32,000 nucleotides of DNA from Wallemia ichthyophaga EXF-994 (GCF_000400465.1 NW_008806278.1:442592-474591); one strand, 5' to 3'. Shown: positions 22,501 through 32,000, numbered from the stretch's first letter. Translations and numbers: made by a program. Notes: generated from the letters alone by a model not told the origin.

Positions 22501-23341
22501 CTTTGTAGCGACGTAGGATTTGGATTTACGTTCGTGAGTAGAACTGGTAACAGAAGCTTGAACGTTCTTCTTTGAGTCAGTTTCAATAATCATGCGATTC
22601 TTTGAAAGTTGCTCTTGAACAAGAATGACCTTTTCAGTACCTTTAACGACGAAGTAACCGCCAGGATCGAGTGGACATTCGCGATAACGAGCTAGCGTTT
22701 CTTCGTCTTTACCGGTGAGGATACATTTGTTACTTCTAAGCATAACGGGTAGTCTACCAATGGGGATACCTCTCCTTCTTACGATCTGCTTGCCTCTTGT
22801 GTACTCGACGCTGATTCTGATTGGGGCGCTGTAAGTCATATCTCTAAGTCTAGCTTCATGGGGAGTGATAGATTTGTCTACAGAATCAGCGTCTTGTCTT
22901 TCAGGGCTTCCTACGTGGATATCGGTGTATTTGAGATAAAACTTTGGATCAACGTCCTTTAATGAGGAGTGAGCAGGAGGAAGGGTGAAAACAGGAGAAA
23001 AGACTAACGCTTGTAACTTTCTCATTTGCTTTAATGATATTCTTCAATTCAACATCAACAAAGTGGTTGAATGAGTCGATGCTGAGATATCGATGAGGAG
23101 TGAAGATGACAAAAGATGGATTACATACTGCTGCTTAACGAGACCTCTGGTTTTCAGAAATGCGGGTAAAAGTTGCCATTTGTCCTGTAAATTGTGAGAT
23201 GGCTTCTCCGCTTAATAATCCACTAACTTCAACGGTTTTAATCTCATCAGTCATAGATTTTCCGTGGTAATTTCCAGGTGTAGTCCAATCATCAGATTCG
23301 TTGATTTTTGGTTTTACATCGACGTCTTCATCAACGTCCAT
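19594..23341 (-). CDS. RPC2: RNA polymerase III second-largest subunit (RPC2/Ret1)
   Basis: Seven exons; introns 23227..23185, 23128..23082, 23008..22957, 20862..20812, 19919..19867 and 19776..19734. Motifs [69 protein letters not shown] and the Zn clamp CNDC…CPMC. Confidence 0.97.
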
Positions 23342-23788
23342 GATGGTTGTTTAGTTAAGCGTTGAAGTTGAGGAAGATTGAATTGAAGAAGCGGGAAATT
23401 TATACAAGGAAGCAATAACAAATTAGGAGTTGAATGAGCTGTTCAAATTATTATCAAATTAGGCTGATTTGTCTGGGTTTACACTACTCGTTGATTTAGT
23501 GATATTTGAGTGGAGGTTGATATAGTTTATGTTATTTATTAATCATTCCTTGTATTTCTCTAATTTTACCTTCAAATTCAATATATGCCTTATGACATCA
23601 CTTGCGATGGCTGACATGCACATTGATACGCACTTAAATTAATTTTCAAAGAATTAACCAAGATTTTCATTGAGATACACGCGATAACAATGTGAGTCAA
23701 AATGATTCGCACGCTGACTGTTGACCGATGAGGTAGCATGCCATGAATACTGGTTGTTCGCCCTTTATAGGAACATTCACTTACACAA

Positions 23789-24539
23789 ATGCTTAATTTA
23801 CCTTATGAATTGATATTAATCATTATAGACAACCTCACACGAACTGATATTAAGTCGTTATCGCTCGTGAACAAGCACACAAATCAAATCACCGATACTT
23901 GCTTATACAAAACAATATCTATCCCAAAGTCTTTGTTCTTCTCTTCTATGGACTCCTCAATGCTGAAGTCTTGCAAGTTAATCGATAACACAAGGTATGA
24001 CCAGTCTTAAATTCTTGTTTGGATGTCTAACCACCATTCACAGCAATTTAAATATGAAAGTGACACAAAATAGCACAATTCACCAAGCTAACTTGAAACG
24101 CGTTAACGCAATGAAAATTCTCAAAAATATCAAATTGGATTTGAAAGATGTTTCACACAGTTGCTCAAATTTACTAGATTTTCTACCCAAATCTAGCACA
24201 GCAGAAAACTTGATTCTTCACTTAAACTCTCTACTTGACCCATCTGTCAAATTTCTTTTCTCTCAAAACTTTCTCCATCTATACCCAAATCTCAATGCTT
24301 TGATTCTCATCTTCCGAGACACAAGATGTATTTGTCAATTCAAAGAGGCCCTAGAGTCTATGTTCGCTAGCTTCGATAGCTCAAATGTCAAAGATGTCTT
24401 TATCGTGTTGAAGGTAAATAATTTTCACGAAATCAGCACAGTTAAACCCGTTCTACAAGTTAGCCAACCTTTTAAGAATAAATTAAAAGTATACACTAAG
24501 CAGCAACATCCAATCAGACATGCTCAAGTTGCTCTATGA
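23789..24539 (+). CDS. F-box-domain protein (N-terminal F-box, divergent LRR-like/unknown C-terminus)
   Basis: MLNLPYELILIIIDNLTRTDIKSLSLVNK fits the F-box consensus. The two ORF-track pieces join through an intron at 23995..24043 (GTATGA…CTAAC…CAG, 49 nt, phase 2). About 233 aa. Confidence 0.72.
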
Positions 24540-24861
24540 GTTGAGCTTCAAGAATCTCTAATTGTTTTGGTTAACTCTTAAATTCCATATGACGCATTAA
24601 TTTTGTATCAAGATTCCTTTCATATTCTTTTGTTAGATGTAATCGAGCCTAATCTGACCGATCAATTCGTTATTAATGAACATCACCTGCGTTCCAAGGC
24701 CGCTGCTTCATTGTGAGAATTTACAAAGACACGACGGAGGGTATTTTGATGATAAAAACAAATCTTGGTAATATGAAATGCTTGAAAAAGCTACAATCAG
24801 AGCAAAAATTTACACTTCATAGCTTTAAAAAGCAAAAGATATTCTGAGTATCAGAATTAAT

Positions 24862-24934
24862 TGGAGATGCCCGGAATTGAACCGGGGACCTCTTCCATGC
24901 TAAGAAAGCGCCATAACCACTAGACTACATCCCC
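24862..24934 (-). tRNA. tRNA-Ala (anticodon AGC), intronless
   Basis: GGGGATG/CATCTCC acceptor stem with the G3:U70 alanine determinant. Anticodon stem CTTTC/GGAAG with loop TTAGCAT. B-box GGTTCAATTCC and discriminator A. T-runs about 20-35 nt downstream could serve as the Pol III terminator. Confidence 0.97.
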
Positions 24935-25521
24935 TGTTGATAACATCGATTCTGTTGCAATAATTATTAAATATTACTGGACTTGTCCCTTGAAAATCTT
25001 ATCAAACTGGTATCTCAAGAACTGTCTTAAACTTGATCACACTCAAAATTTACTACGCTTCTCATTTGAGCACTGTCACATTTTTTTATCTCTCCTGATT
25101 GAGGTTTGGCAAAGACACTTCAATCTCCAAATCTTCATCATTAAGCGCATATGAAGCAGTTTTGCAAACTGAGGCCAGATGAAAGTCTCACATCACAAAG
25201 AAATAGTTTTCTCATTTAGCGCTGGGGATGATTTAAGAATGAAAGATTTGTATCTTTATGCCAAGCCAATCAACTTCAAGGATAAAATGTCTAGTAGGGC
25301 TTTGAAAAACAGAACAACAGTTCAGCATCAAAGCAGCAAACAATACAATAATTTCGCATAGAACTATCCTAGATTCAAAGCTTTTAGGGGGTATTAAGCT
25401 TAACTGTAGAAGCAGGTTTTTGTGATAGCAAATAAAGCGCGTCAGATTGAAATCATGAGATGTTGTAGAACTTGTAAAAAAGAACGACATGATTAGATAA
25501 TTGGTATATAGAGGACTTTAT

Positions 25522-27330
25522 TCACTCCTCCTTGTCTTCGACAATTGTAAGTGCGACATCATCATATCTCCAGTTCAAATAAATCTCGTTTTCTGGGTAG
25601 CAAAAGACTTATTTTATAGGAGATAGATTATAAGTTGCTCCCCTTAGCGTCGTGATAGGCTTGCCTAGTAGGGCTGACACGCCTTCCACGCCTTCCACGC
25701 CACATACAACAATTTGGGTAAGTCTTGGTAATATGTCACTTGGATAGATGTGATGGGAAATTTCGAATAAAGAGGTCGATTGATTCTAGCAATTCGAGAT
25801 TGAGGACGTCGTACAAGAACACATCGACTTCCTCTGAATTCATACAACTCTTACGCATGTTCTTCAGCCTTAATTTCTTGAGGCTCCGCACATGAAGAAG
25901 AGATTATGCGGTATTCATGGAAGTTCTTCGATGGCAATGTGCGTCAATGCCGGTATGTCCTGAAGCAAGCTCGTTGAGTTAAAAATCGTGATAAAACAGA
26001 ACTTACAACAACTGAGAAATCTGAAAAGTGGGAATCAGTGCTGACGTGTGATAATTCGATGCACTGGAGTCGAGATAGGTTTATCTCCAACCGTATCTTC
26101 ATGTAAAATTAAAGTGCAATCGCGTAAAAACAACGCCTCGAGCATCAGAAATGTTTCGCTTATAGTAACAAGCCCATCGTTCAGTGTGCTATTCGCCAAA
26201 GCTATTTAGATTCAATAAATTTTCTAGGAAGTCCATTACACAGCGAAAATTCGCTGTGTTACACTTTGACATTGCTAGAGGCTATGTTTTCAACTTGATC
26301 GGCCTTGCACTCGAGTAGGACAACGTATACCAAGTCAAATATGACCCGAGAATTTCGCATTAGTGATAGCACTTCGAGCTCGGTAGTTTCGATTGTCCGA
26401 CCCTGTCATGGATAGACAGACACGTCTAGCGATTCAAGTTTTCATCGATGTTCAACCTCAATCTACGAAAATACCAACATTTCCTCGTTGATGGAATGTG
26501 TCAAATTTTTCATAAATCGATAATCATCTTTGTTTATTTGATAAGGGCTCCACAAATTACCGCTGTATTCGCCTAGACAAACACTCATCAATTTGCGATT
26601 AAAACGGAGCAAGTACAGGACCAAATCAATCAAAATCAACAACGCAATGCTACGTGGCAGAAACAGTTGACCTGTGCCTTCGTTCCTCATCAGATGATTA
26701 CACGGCGAACGACCGGCGAAGGGTTGAAACGCGTGGGATGAAGCTAGGATGTGTTCAACCTGCTGCGCTCAAACTTGAATTCTGAATCTGTGTCCATGTA
26801 ATTCAACTTACTTGAAGATGAGTCAATTTCGTCATGCGCTGTTCGTCAGCCGTGCCTAAAAATTCTGTTTGGTGACACAAACATGCGGACCACGTGGAAC
26901 GGTCATCGGGAAACTTGAAGGTTTCCAACCAGATAAAATCGCTCCATTCAACAACACTTTGGCTTCTTCACCGTTGCCTCGAAAAGAGTATAGTAGTGAG
27001 TACTTTGGATATGTATCAATCCATTATTTATGCAGCACACAGGTCTGGGAGCTTTTTTTGCTCTGCTTAAGTTGTAAAAAGCCATGATGAAACAGCTGGG
27101 CTGGCAAAGCCCTATAAACCCGTCGCTGAGATAGATTTAGTATCTCAAGGAATAATATCGTTATGTGATAGAGATCTAAAGATTCAAGCAATCATAAAGA
27201 TGTTTTGAGGGGGCAATAGTTTTTGATTGGCTTTTGTAACCCAGGACTTGCTCTATATTCGATATAAATGATGCAATATCTGCCTTTAGACTGTGAAATC
27301 TGATGATAGATTTGTAATTCTCGCTTTTAT
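25522..27330 (-). pseudogene. Decayed leucine-rich-repeat (RNI/F-box-LRR-like) gene
   Basis: Manual translation gives collinear LRR-like peptides: NYCPLKTSL*LLESLDLYHI, MTKLTHLQ|(Q)VEHIL, KLESLDVSV, ELEVLSLMRN, LEALFLRDCTL, IPALTHIAIEELP, LKKLRLKN, LELLESIDLFI and LPRLTQIVV, ending …DDVALTIVEDKEE*. In-frame stops at about 27193, 26464, 26443, 26407, 25916 and 25610. Frame changes near 26280, 26205, 26070, 25900 and 25740. GTAAGT…CAG intron at 26811..26763. The 5' boundary is uncertain. Confidence 0.62.
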
Positions 27331-27376
27331 TTCGTAAAGTTCAATGGTAGTGGCTGATTGTTGAGCTCATACCAAA

Positions 27377-28705
27377 ATGAAGCCAGAATCTCAGCTACCA
27401 AATCCAAAGGCAGAATCAAAAAGAACATTACGGTCCAAAATCATCCCAGCATTCTTGCTCGCAGCATTTTTGTACTGCTTGTCTTGCGCCGACTGGCCCA
27501 GAGAGATGTCTTCCTATTTCGGCAGACATGGTGCGCATAAAGATAAATACATTGAACCTCTCACGTTTGCTTTGGATGTACTCAAGAAATCACCTGTACT
27601 CGATACTCACCTTGATCTTCCAATCGCCCTGAGAGAAGAATTCGGTTTAGACTTTAATGCATTCAATCTATCAACTCCAGCGCCTTCTCCTTTCCCAAAT
27701 CACATCGACTTTAAAAGAACTCGCAAAGGCCTTCTTGGCTCTGCTTCATTCTCCTCCTTCGTCGAATGTCCCGTGGCTGATAAAGCAGACACCAGTGTAC
27801 GCGACACGCTTGAGCAACTCGACACTGTATTCTTGCTAGAAGAGCTATATCCTGACTACATCAAAATTGTTCACTCTGCTCAAGAGCTTGAGAGATTGTC
27901 ACATAAGAAACTGGGAATCATGCTCTCCCTAGAAGGAGCACATCAGCTCGGAGATAGTCTAGGTGCTCTCAGGGTATACGCGCGTATGGGCATCAAATAC
28001 ATCACACTTGCACATAATTGCGATAATGTCTTTGCAGACGCGGCAGTGGAGGGACATCGAACAAACCATGGACTGAGCGAGATCGGAAAAGAGCTAGTGA
28101 AGGAACTCAATAGGAATGGGGTCTTAGTCGATATCTCCCACGTGTCCGATGAAACTGCTCATCAAGCCATCGACGTGAATCACGGACCGCTTTTTTGGAG
28201 TCACTCAGGCGCAAGAGAGATTTATGATCACCCTAGAAACGTTCCAGATGATCTCCTCGTCAGATTGCGTGACAGTCCAAACGATGGCGTTTTGCAAGTC
28301 GTTATCGCTGCTGCTGACTTCATGGGTGATAATTCACCAACTATCATTGACGCCGCAAATCACATCGATTATATTGCCAACTTTGCTGGAAAATCTCATG
28401 TCGGTATCGGGTCCGACTTTGACGGCGTTCCTACCACGCCCTATGGACTGGAAGATATCTCAACTTATCCCGCGTTGGTGAGTAGCTTGGCCATTCCGTC
28501 ACTTTCAGCGCTGATATGTCCTTAGTTTGCTGAGTTGTACAAGCTTGGTTGGACAAAGGCAGATTTGGCTGGTTTGGCCAGAAATAATTTCATTAGGGTG
28601 TTGAAGAAAGCAGAGAGGGTATCGAAAGAACTTAAGCGTAAACAGCTTCCTTCAATGAATTTACCGCCAAACAGAGATGATCTTCTTAATCATAGAAACT
28701 ATTGA
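27377..28705 (+). CDS. Membrane dipeptidase, peptidase family M19 (renal dipeptidase-like), type II anchor
   Basis: N-terminal signal-anchor IIPAFLLAAFLYCLSC. Metal and active-site motifs DTHLD, SLEGAH, ITLAHN, DISH, SHS and HVGIGSDFDG. Intron 28478..28525 joins TYPAL|FAELYKLGW…NNFIRVL…RNY*. Confidence 0.93.
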
Positions 28706-28785
28706 CACTCTAACACAATGTAGCATAACTTCACTTCAGATTTATAATGTACACATTCAAGTTCGTGATAAAGGTATAGTGCTTT

Positions 28786-28866
28786 AGTAGAGAAGAGGCT
28801 GTCAAAGACTCTTAATCGTAATCTGTGTAAGTAGAAAGAGGCTCTCAGAGGCTCTTAATCGTAGTC
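28786..28866. repeat. Imperfect ~37-nt tandem duplication spanning the last codons, stop codon and 3'UTR start of AKR gene A
   Basis: agtagagaagaggctgtcaaagactcttaatcgtaatc (28786-28823) versus agtaga-aagaggctctcagaggctcttaatcgtagtc (28830-28866). Both copies read DYD* on the minus strand. Confidence 0.8.
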
Positions 28867-29976
28867 AGCAAAGCCCATTTTGACACCTGGTCCCCAATCA
28901 GCCTTGAAGTTGCGCTGATGGTGTGTCTTGCTGATTGCTTCAATAGCGTCTATTTCTTGTTGAGAAAGGTGAGTCAACACGAGGTTACTTTTGATTCTTT
29001 CCTCGTTGTACGACTTTGGTAGTGCGCTGATTCCTCTAGCAAGCACGAGCCAGCTGAGAATGACTTGGCCGACATTAGCGCCGTGTCTTGCAGCGATGTG
29101 CTGAAGGGTTGGATTGGTCAGCACTGGTGAGCCGCTTCCGCCGTTTGGACAGTATGCTTGAACCAGCACATTGTTCTCTTTGGCGTAGTTGACAAGTTCA
29201 TGTTCAGGGAGATATGGGTGAATCTCGACCTGCGCATGCTTTAATATGAAAATGATATCGCTGCTGTAACTCACCTGATTGACAGCCGGCTTGAGACGCA
29301 GTTTTGGAGAACCGAGGATTGTCTCCATCTTTGGCTTGCTGCAGTTGCTCAACCCGATGGATCTGACCTTGTTGGTTGACAGTACGGTATCTTCGAGTTG
29401 CTCCCATGTGTCTTCGAGCTTTCTGTCAAGGAGCACGTCTCGCTCTCCTGAAGGTTTTGTAGGGTATTTTTTATCGTTGCCGTCTGGATTGAGAGCGACG
29501 GGGTAGTGCATAAGGAGGAGGTCGAGGTAGTCTTGGGTGAGAGAGTTAGCTAGGACACCTTTACTATCAGATATACTTACCAATACCTTCGCCCATCTCC
29601 GCTATAATGTCGTCGACACCTTGTTCGACTCGGGTGTGGTATGTGCCCCAAAGCTTCGACGTGATGAAGATTTCTTGGCGGGGTACACCAGAGTCTCTAA
29701 TGGCATTGGCCATCGACTTGCCATTACCATAGCAGTGTGCTGAGTCCTTTACGGTATTTGGTTACATGTCTCATATATTGACGCGTGATAACTTACGATA
29801 TGTCTAGCGCCAGCATGAAGAGCCTTCTTGACACATTCATAAACCTCTTCAGCACTAGCCTTGTACGTGCCATAACCGATTGAAGGGATGTGCTTTCCGT
29901 CGTTGAGCTCAAAAAGAGGCGGCTGAACGGCTGGTGCGCTTCCTTTGAGAGTGAGAGTTTGCGTGTGAGTAATCAT
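28855..29976 (-). CDS. Aldo-keto reductase A (diverged Gcy1/Ypr1-like paralog)
   Basis: Four exons; introns 29796..29747, 29580..29532 and 29274..29230. The catalytic tetrad is present (I|DSA, CYGN, SKLW, MHYP). Also RSIGLSN, NQ|VEIHPY and LPKS. Confidence 0.9.
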
Positions 29977-30420
29977 TCTTTCTTGTTGAGTCTTGAGTTT
30001 CGTTGATGGAGAGTAGTGAGAAGAATTGGCGCCAATTTATAGTCTCAGCGTGGATCATATGAATCATATGCTGTCTGCCACTCCACCGTGTAGTCACGAT
30101 AACCTGATCGTCTCAGGTCCCGGTTGGTATCTAAACATATCCGGTACGAGAGAGGGCATGAATATTTTCAACTAGACAACTTTAACAAAGAGAATCAAAG
30201 ATCATCCCGTTCTCTTTGTTACGGTGCGGTATGGCGGGACTATGACATCTTGCAAGTGATCAGCCGGGGTCAGATGATCGACGTGCCCGATCGTTGGAGT
30301 AGCAAACAGCCCAAGAATAAGAGCTCAACGAAAGTGCAATAATGCCACCTTACAAATCACCAAGTGGACGCCTTTCGCAAGTGTTATTGTAAATCTTCTA
30401 ATCACCTATGTGTCTCATAA

Positions 30421-30428
30421 TGACGTCA
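30421..30428. promoter_or_regulatory. Perfect CRE palindrome TGACGTCA, ~445 bp upstream of AKR gene A
   Basis: Exact match to the ATF/CREB (Atf1/Sko1) consensus. A TGACGTG half-site lies at about 30490-30496 (-). One 8-mer hit in 32 kb is not significant alone. Confidence 0.35.
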
Positions 30429-30577
30429 CACTGCGCCCACGCGGCTGTGTCGTTGGAACTTATCATACGCCTGATTACCAATAATAAGCACGTCACTGCA
30501 CACAAAAAAACAGATACTCATCGAATCGTATGCATTTTCTAATGTTTTACTCTAAGTCGTTAGGAAAGAAATCAGAT

Positions 30578-31519
30578 CTAGAAGATTGGTACACCCCAGT
30601 CTGGTTGAACACACTTCCAGTGCTTGCCCTTCTCCTCAAATGATTCGAGCGCACGAACATCTTCTGGTGCGATGTCGATCAATTTGATGTTGCTGGCGAT
30701 ACGAGCAGGGGTAACAGATTTTGGCAAAACGATAACGTTTCTGCAGACTTGGAAGGATATCAAGAGAGTACCGACGCTTGTGTTGTACTTCTCAGCCATC
30801 TTGATAACCTCTGGGTCCTTGAGGATTGGGCTGTCAGTTGAGCCAAGAGGTGAGTAAGCTTGAAGAAGGATACCGTTCTTTTCACAGAATTCCTTCAATT
30901 TGAGCTCGTTTGACCATGGGTGCAATTCAAATTGGTTGACGACTGGCTTGATGGTTGCGACGTTGAGGATGCGTTGGGTCTTTTCGATGTTGAAGTTAGA
31001 AATACCGATGCTCTTGACCAATCCCTTCTCAACGAGCTTCTCCATGTCTTTCCATGTGTCTTCAAGCTTGCGATCTGAGATGACGTCTCTTGAGCCATCT
31101 GGCTTGGTTGGGAAACGCTTGTCATTGCCGTTAGGGTTCATAGCGACTGGCCAGTGGATCAAGAATAAGTCAAGGTAGTCAGTACCCAATTCACTGAGGG
31201 TCTCTCTGCAACCCTCCTCGACCTTGGTGTGGTAGGTACACCACAACTTGGAAGTCAAGAAGATTTCAGATCTTGGGACACCGGAGTCCTTTACACCTTT
31301 ACCGACTTCGTGTTCGTTACCGTAGCAGAAGGCACCTGAGACTCGTTAGCTGTAAGAGAATTGCGAAGGCACTGACCCACCATCGATGTGACGGTAACCA
31401 GCTTCTTTGATTGCGTAGGAGACGGCGTGTTCAACTTCTCCTGGAGCTGATTGCCAAGTACCGAGACCGACAGCTGGGATCTTTTGTTGGTTGTTGAGAG
31501 TGAATGAAGTTGCTGGCAT
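30578..31519 (-). CDS. Aldo-keto reductase B, NADP(H)-dependent glycerol dehydrogenase / Gcy1-Ypr1-like
   Basis: [24 protein letters not shown]. One intron at 31380..31336 gives RHID|GAFCYGNE. Also [44 protein letters not shown] and WGVPIF*. Confidence 0.94.
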
Positions 31520-32000
31520 ATTTGAGTTGTAAGTTGTAAGTAAACAAGGTTGTGTGCCCAAGATGCGTCTTATAAGCGATTTCTCGTCGAGCCCACGTCA
31601 TAGCCCGGCTGCTCTCCGAGGAGAAACGGATCGATTGGGACGGACGTAAAAAGTATATAAACTTTTGAATAGCACTTTCGGAATCAGAAAAGATTGCTTG
31701 TATAAGCCATAATGTTCTCTTTTCCTTCTCTAGCATTACCAGTGTGGTCACGTGAATGACGCTAGGTACGCTGCCGGGTGAACAACGGAGCGAGGATTGA
31801 AGTTTCTAGAAGAGTTGAAGCAGGGTAAAGCGATGTGAAGTGTATTGCGCCGTCACACTCCGTCCTCGCTTTTAAATTCAAATCGCTCTCCGCACTTGAA
31901 CCCCACAGCCGCCTCCGGCAAAAGTGGAAATTGAGAATGCGACGGAAGTGGACTAAGACGGCTATTTAAACTCAGCTTTATTTGAATAAGTCAATCATCA

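Noticed and set aside
23789-24539. F-box gene as a frameshifted pseudogene (two separate ORFs in the track)
   Set aside because: A canonical 49-nt GT-AG intron with a CTAAC branch point joins the two ORFs in frame.
23341-24934. Functional link between the Pol III subunit gene RPC2 and the nearby tRNA gene
   Set aside because: A single adjacency ~1.5 kb apart with no mechanistic evidence; tRNA genes are dispersed, so coincidence is likely.
26463-26690. 75-aa ORF as an independent small membrane protein
   Set aside because: It is in frame with upstream sequence across the 26811..26763 intron and with LRR-like peptides past its stop, so it is a fragment of the pseudogene.
26869-27087. 72-aa plus-strand ORF
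   Set aside because: It has a non-ATG start and no recognisable motif, and it lies antisense to the LRR relic.
24935-27376. Transposon or viral insertion explaining the gene-poor interval next to the tRNA
   Set aside because: I saw no RT, integrase, transposase or capsid motifs in any frame, and no LTRs, TIRs or target-site duplications. The sequence is better explained by decayed host LRR/F-box genes.
29230-29274. In-frame 15-aa insertion VSYSSDIIFILKHAQ in AKR A
   Set aside because: It has GTGAGT…CAG ends and is 45 nt long, and removing it restores the NQ|VEIHP consensus. It is an intron, although retention would keep the frame.
30124-30342. 72-aa plus-strand ORF between the AKR genes
   Set aside because: It has a TTG start and no motifs, and it lies in the AKR A promoter region.
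15339-31519. A secondary-metabolite or catabolic gene cluster (kinase, MFS, M19 dipeptidase, AKRs; GliJ-like dipeptidase)
   Set aside because: No NRPS, PKS or other core enzyme is present, and the genes are interrupted by the housekeeping RPC2 and a tRNA. Nothing beyond co-location supports a cluster.

Overview
Gene-dense fungal nuclear DNA from a compact basidiomycete genome. Introns are mostly 43-59 nt GT-AG and intergenic gaps are often under 110 bp. This architecture and the protein sequences point to Wallemia (inference, not verified). In order, the window holds: a 3'-truncated hypothetical gene, a group III G-alpha, a Pbr1-like SDR-fold protein, a MESH1/HDDC3 HD hydrolase, a large low-complexity orphan, ERD2, MIC19, CTK3, a pinin-like protein, a Mep/Amt ammonium transporter, Tudor-SN, a BadF/NAGK-type sugar kinase, a DHA1 MFS transporter, RPC2, an F-box gene, tRNA-Ala(AGC), a dipeptidase M19 and two tandem aldo-keto reductases. 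The ~2.4 kb between the tRNA and the dipeptidase looks empty in the ORF track. Manual translation shows it contains a decayed leucine-rich-repeat gene on the minus strand, with several stops, several frameshifts and an intact-looking intron, and possibly a second F-box relic. No CRISPR array, transposon or prophage was seen. I found no clearly novel multi-gene system. The best leads are the F-box/LRR birth-and-death patch, the animal-like MESH1 sharing a promoter with an SDR pseudoenzyme, the diverged AKR duplicate, and a uORF whose stop overlaps the kinase start codon. All exon models were built by hand and need RNA-seq confirmation.
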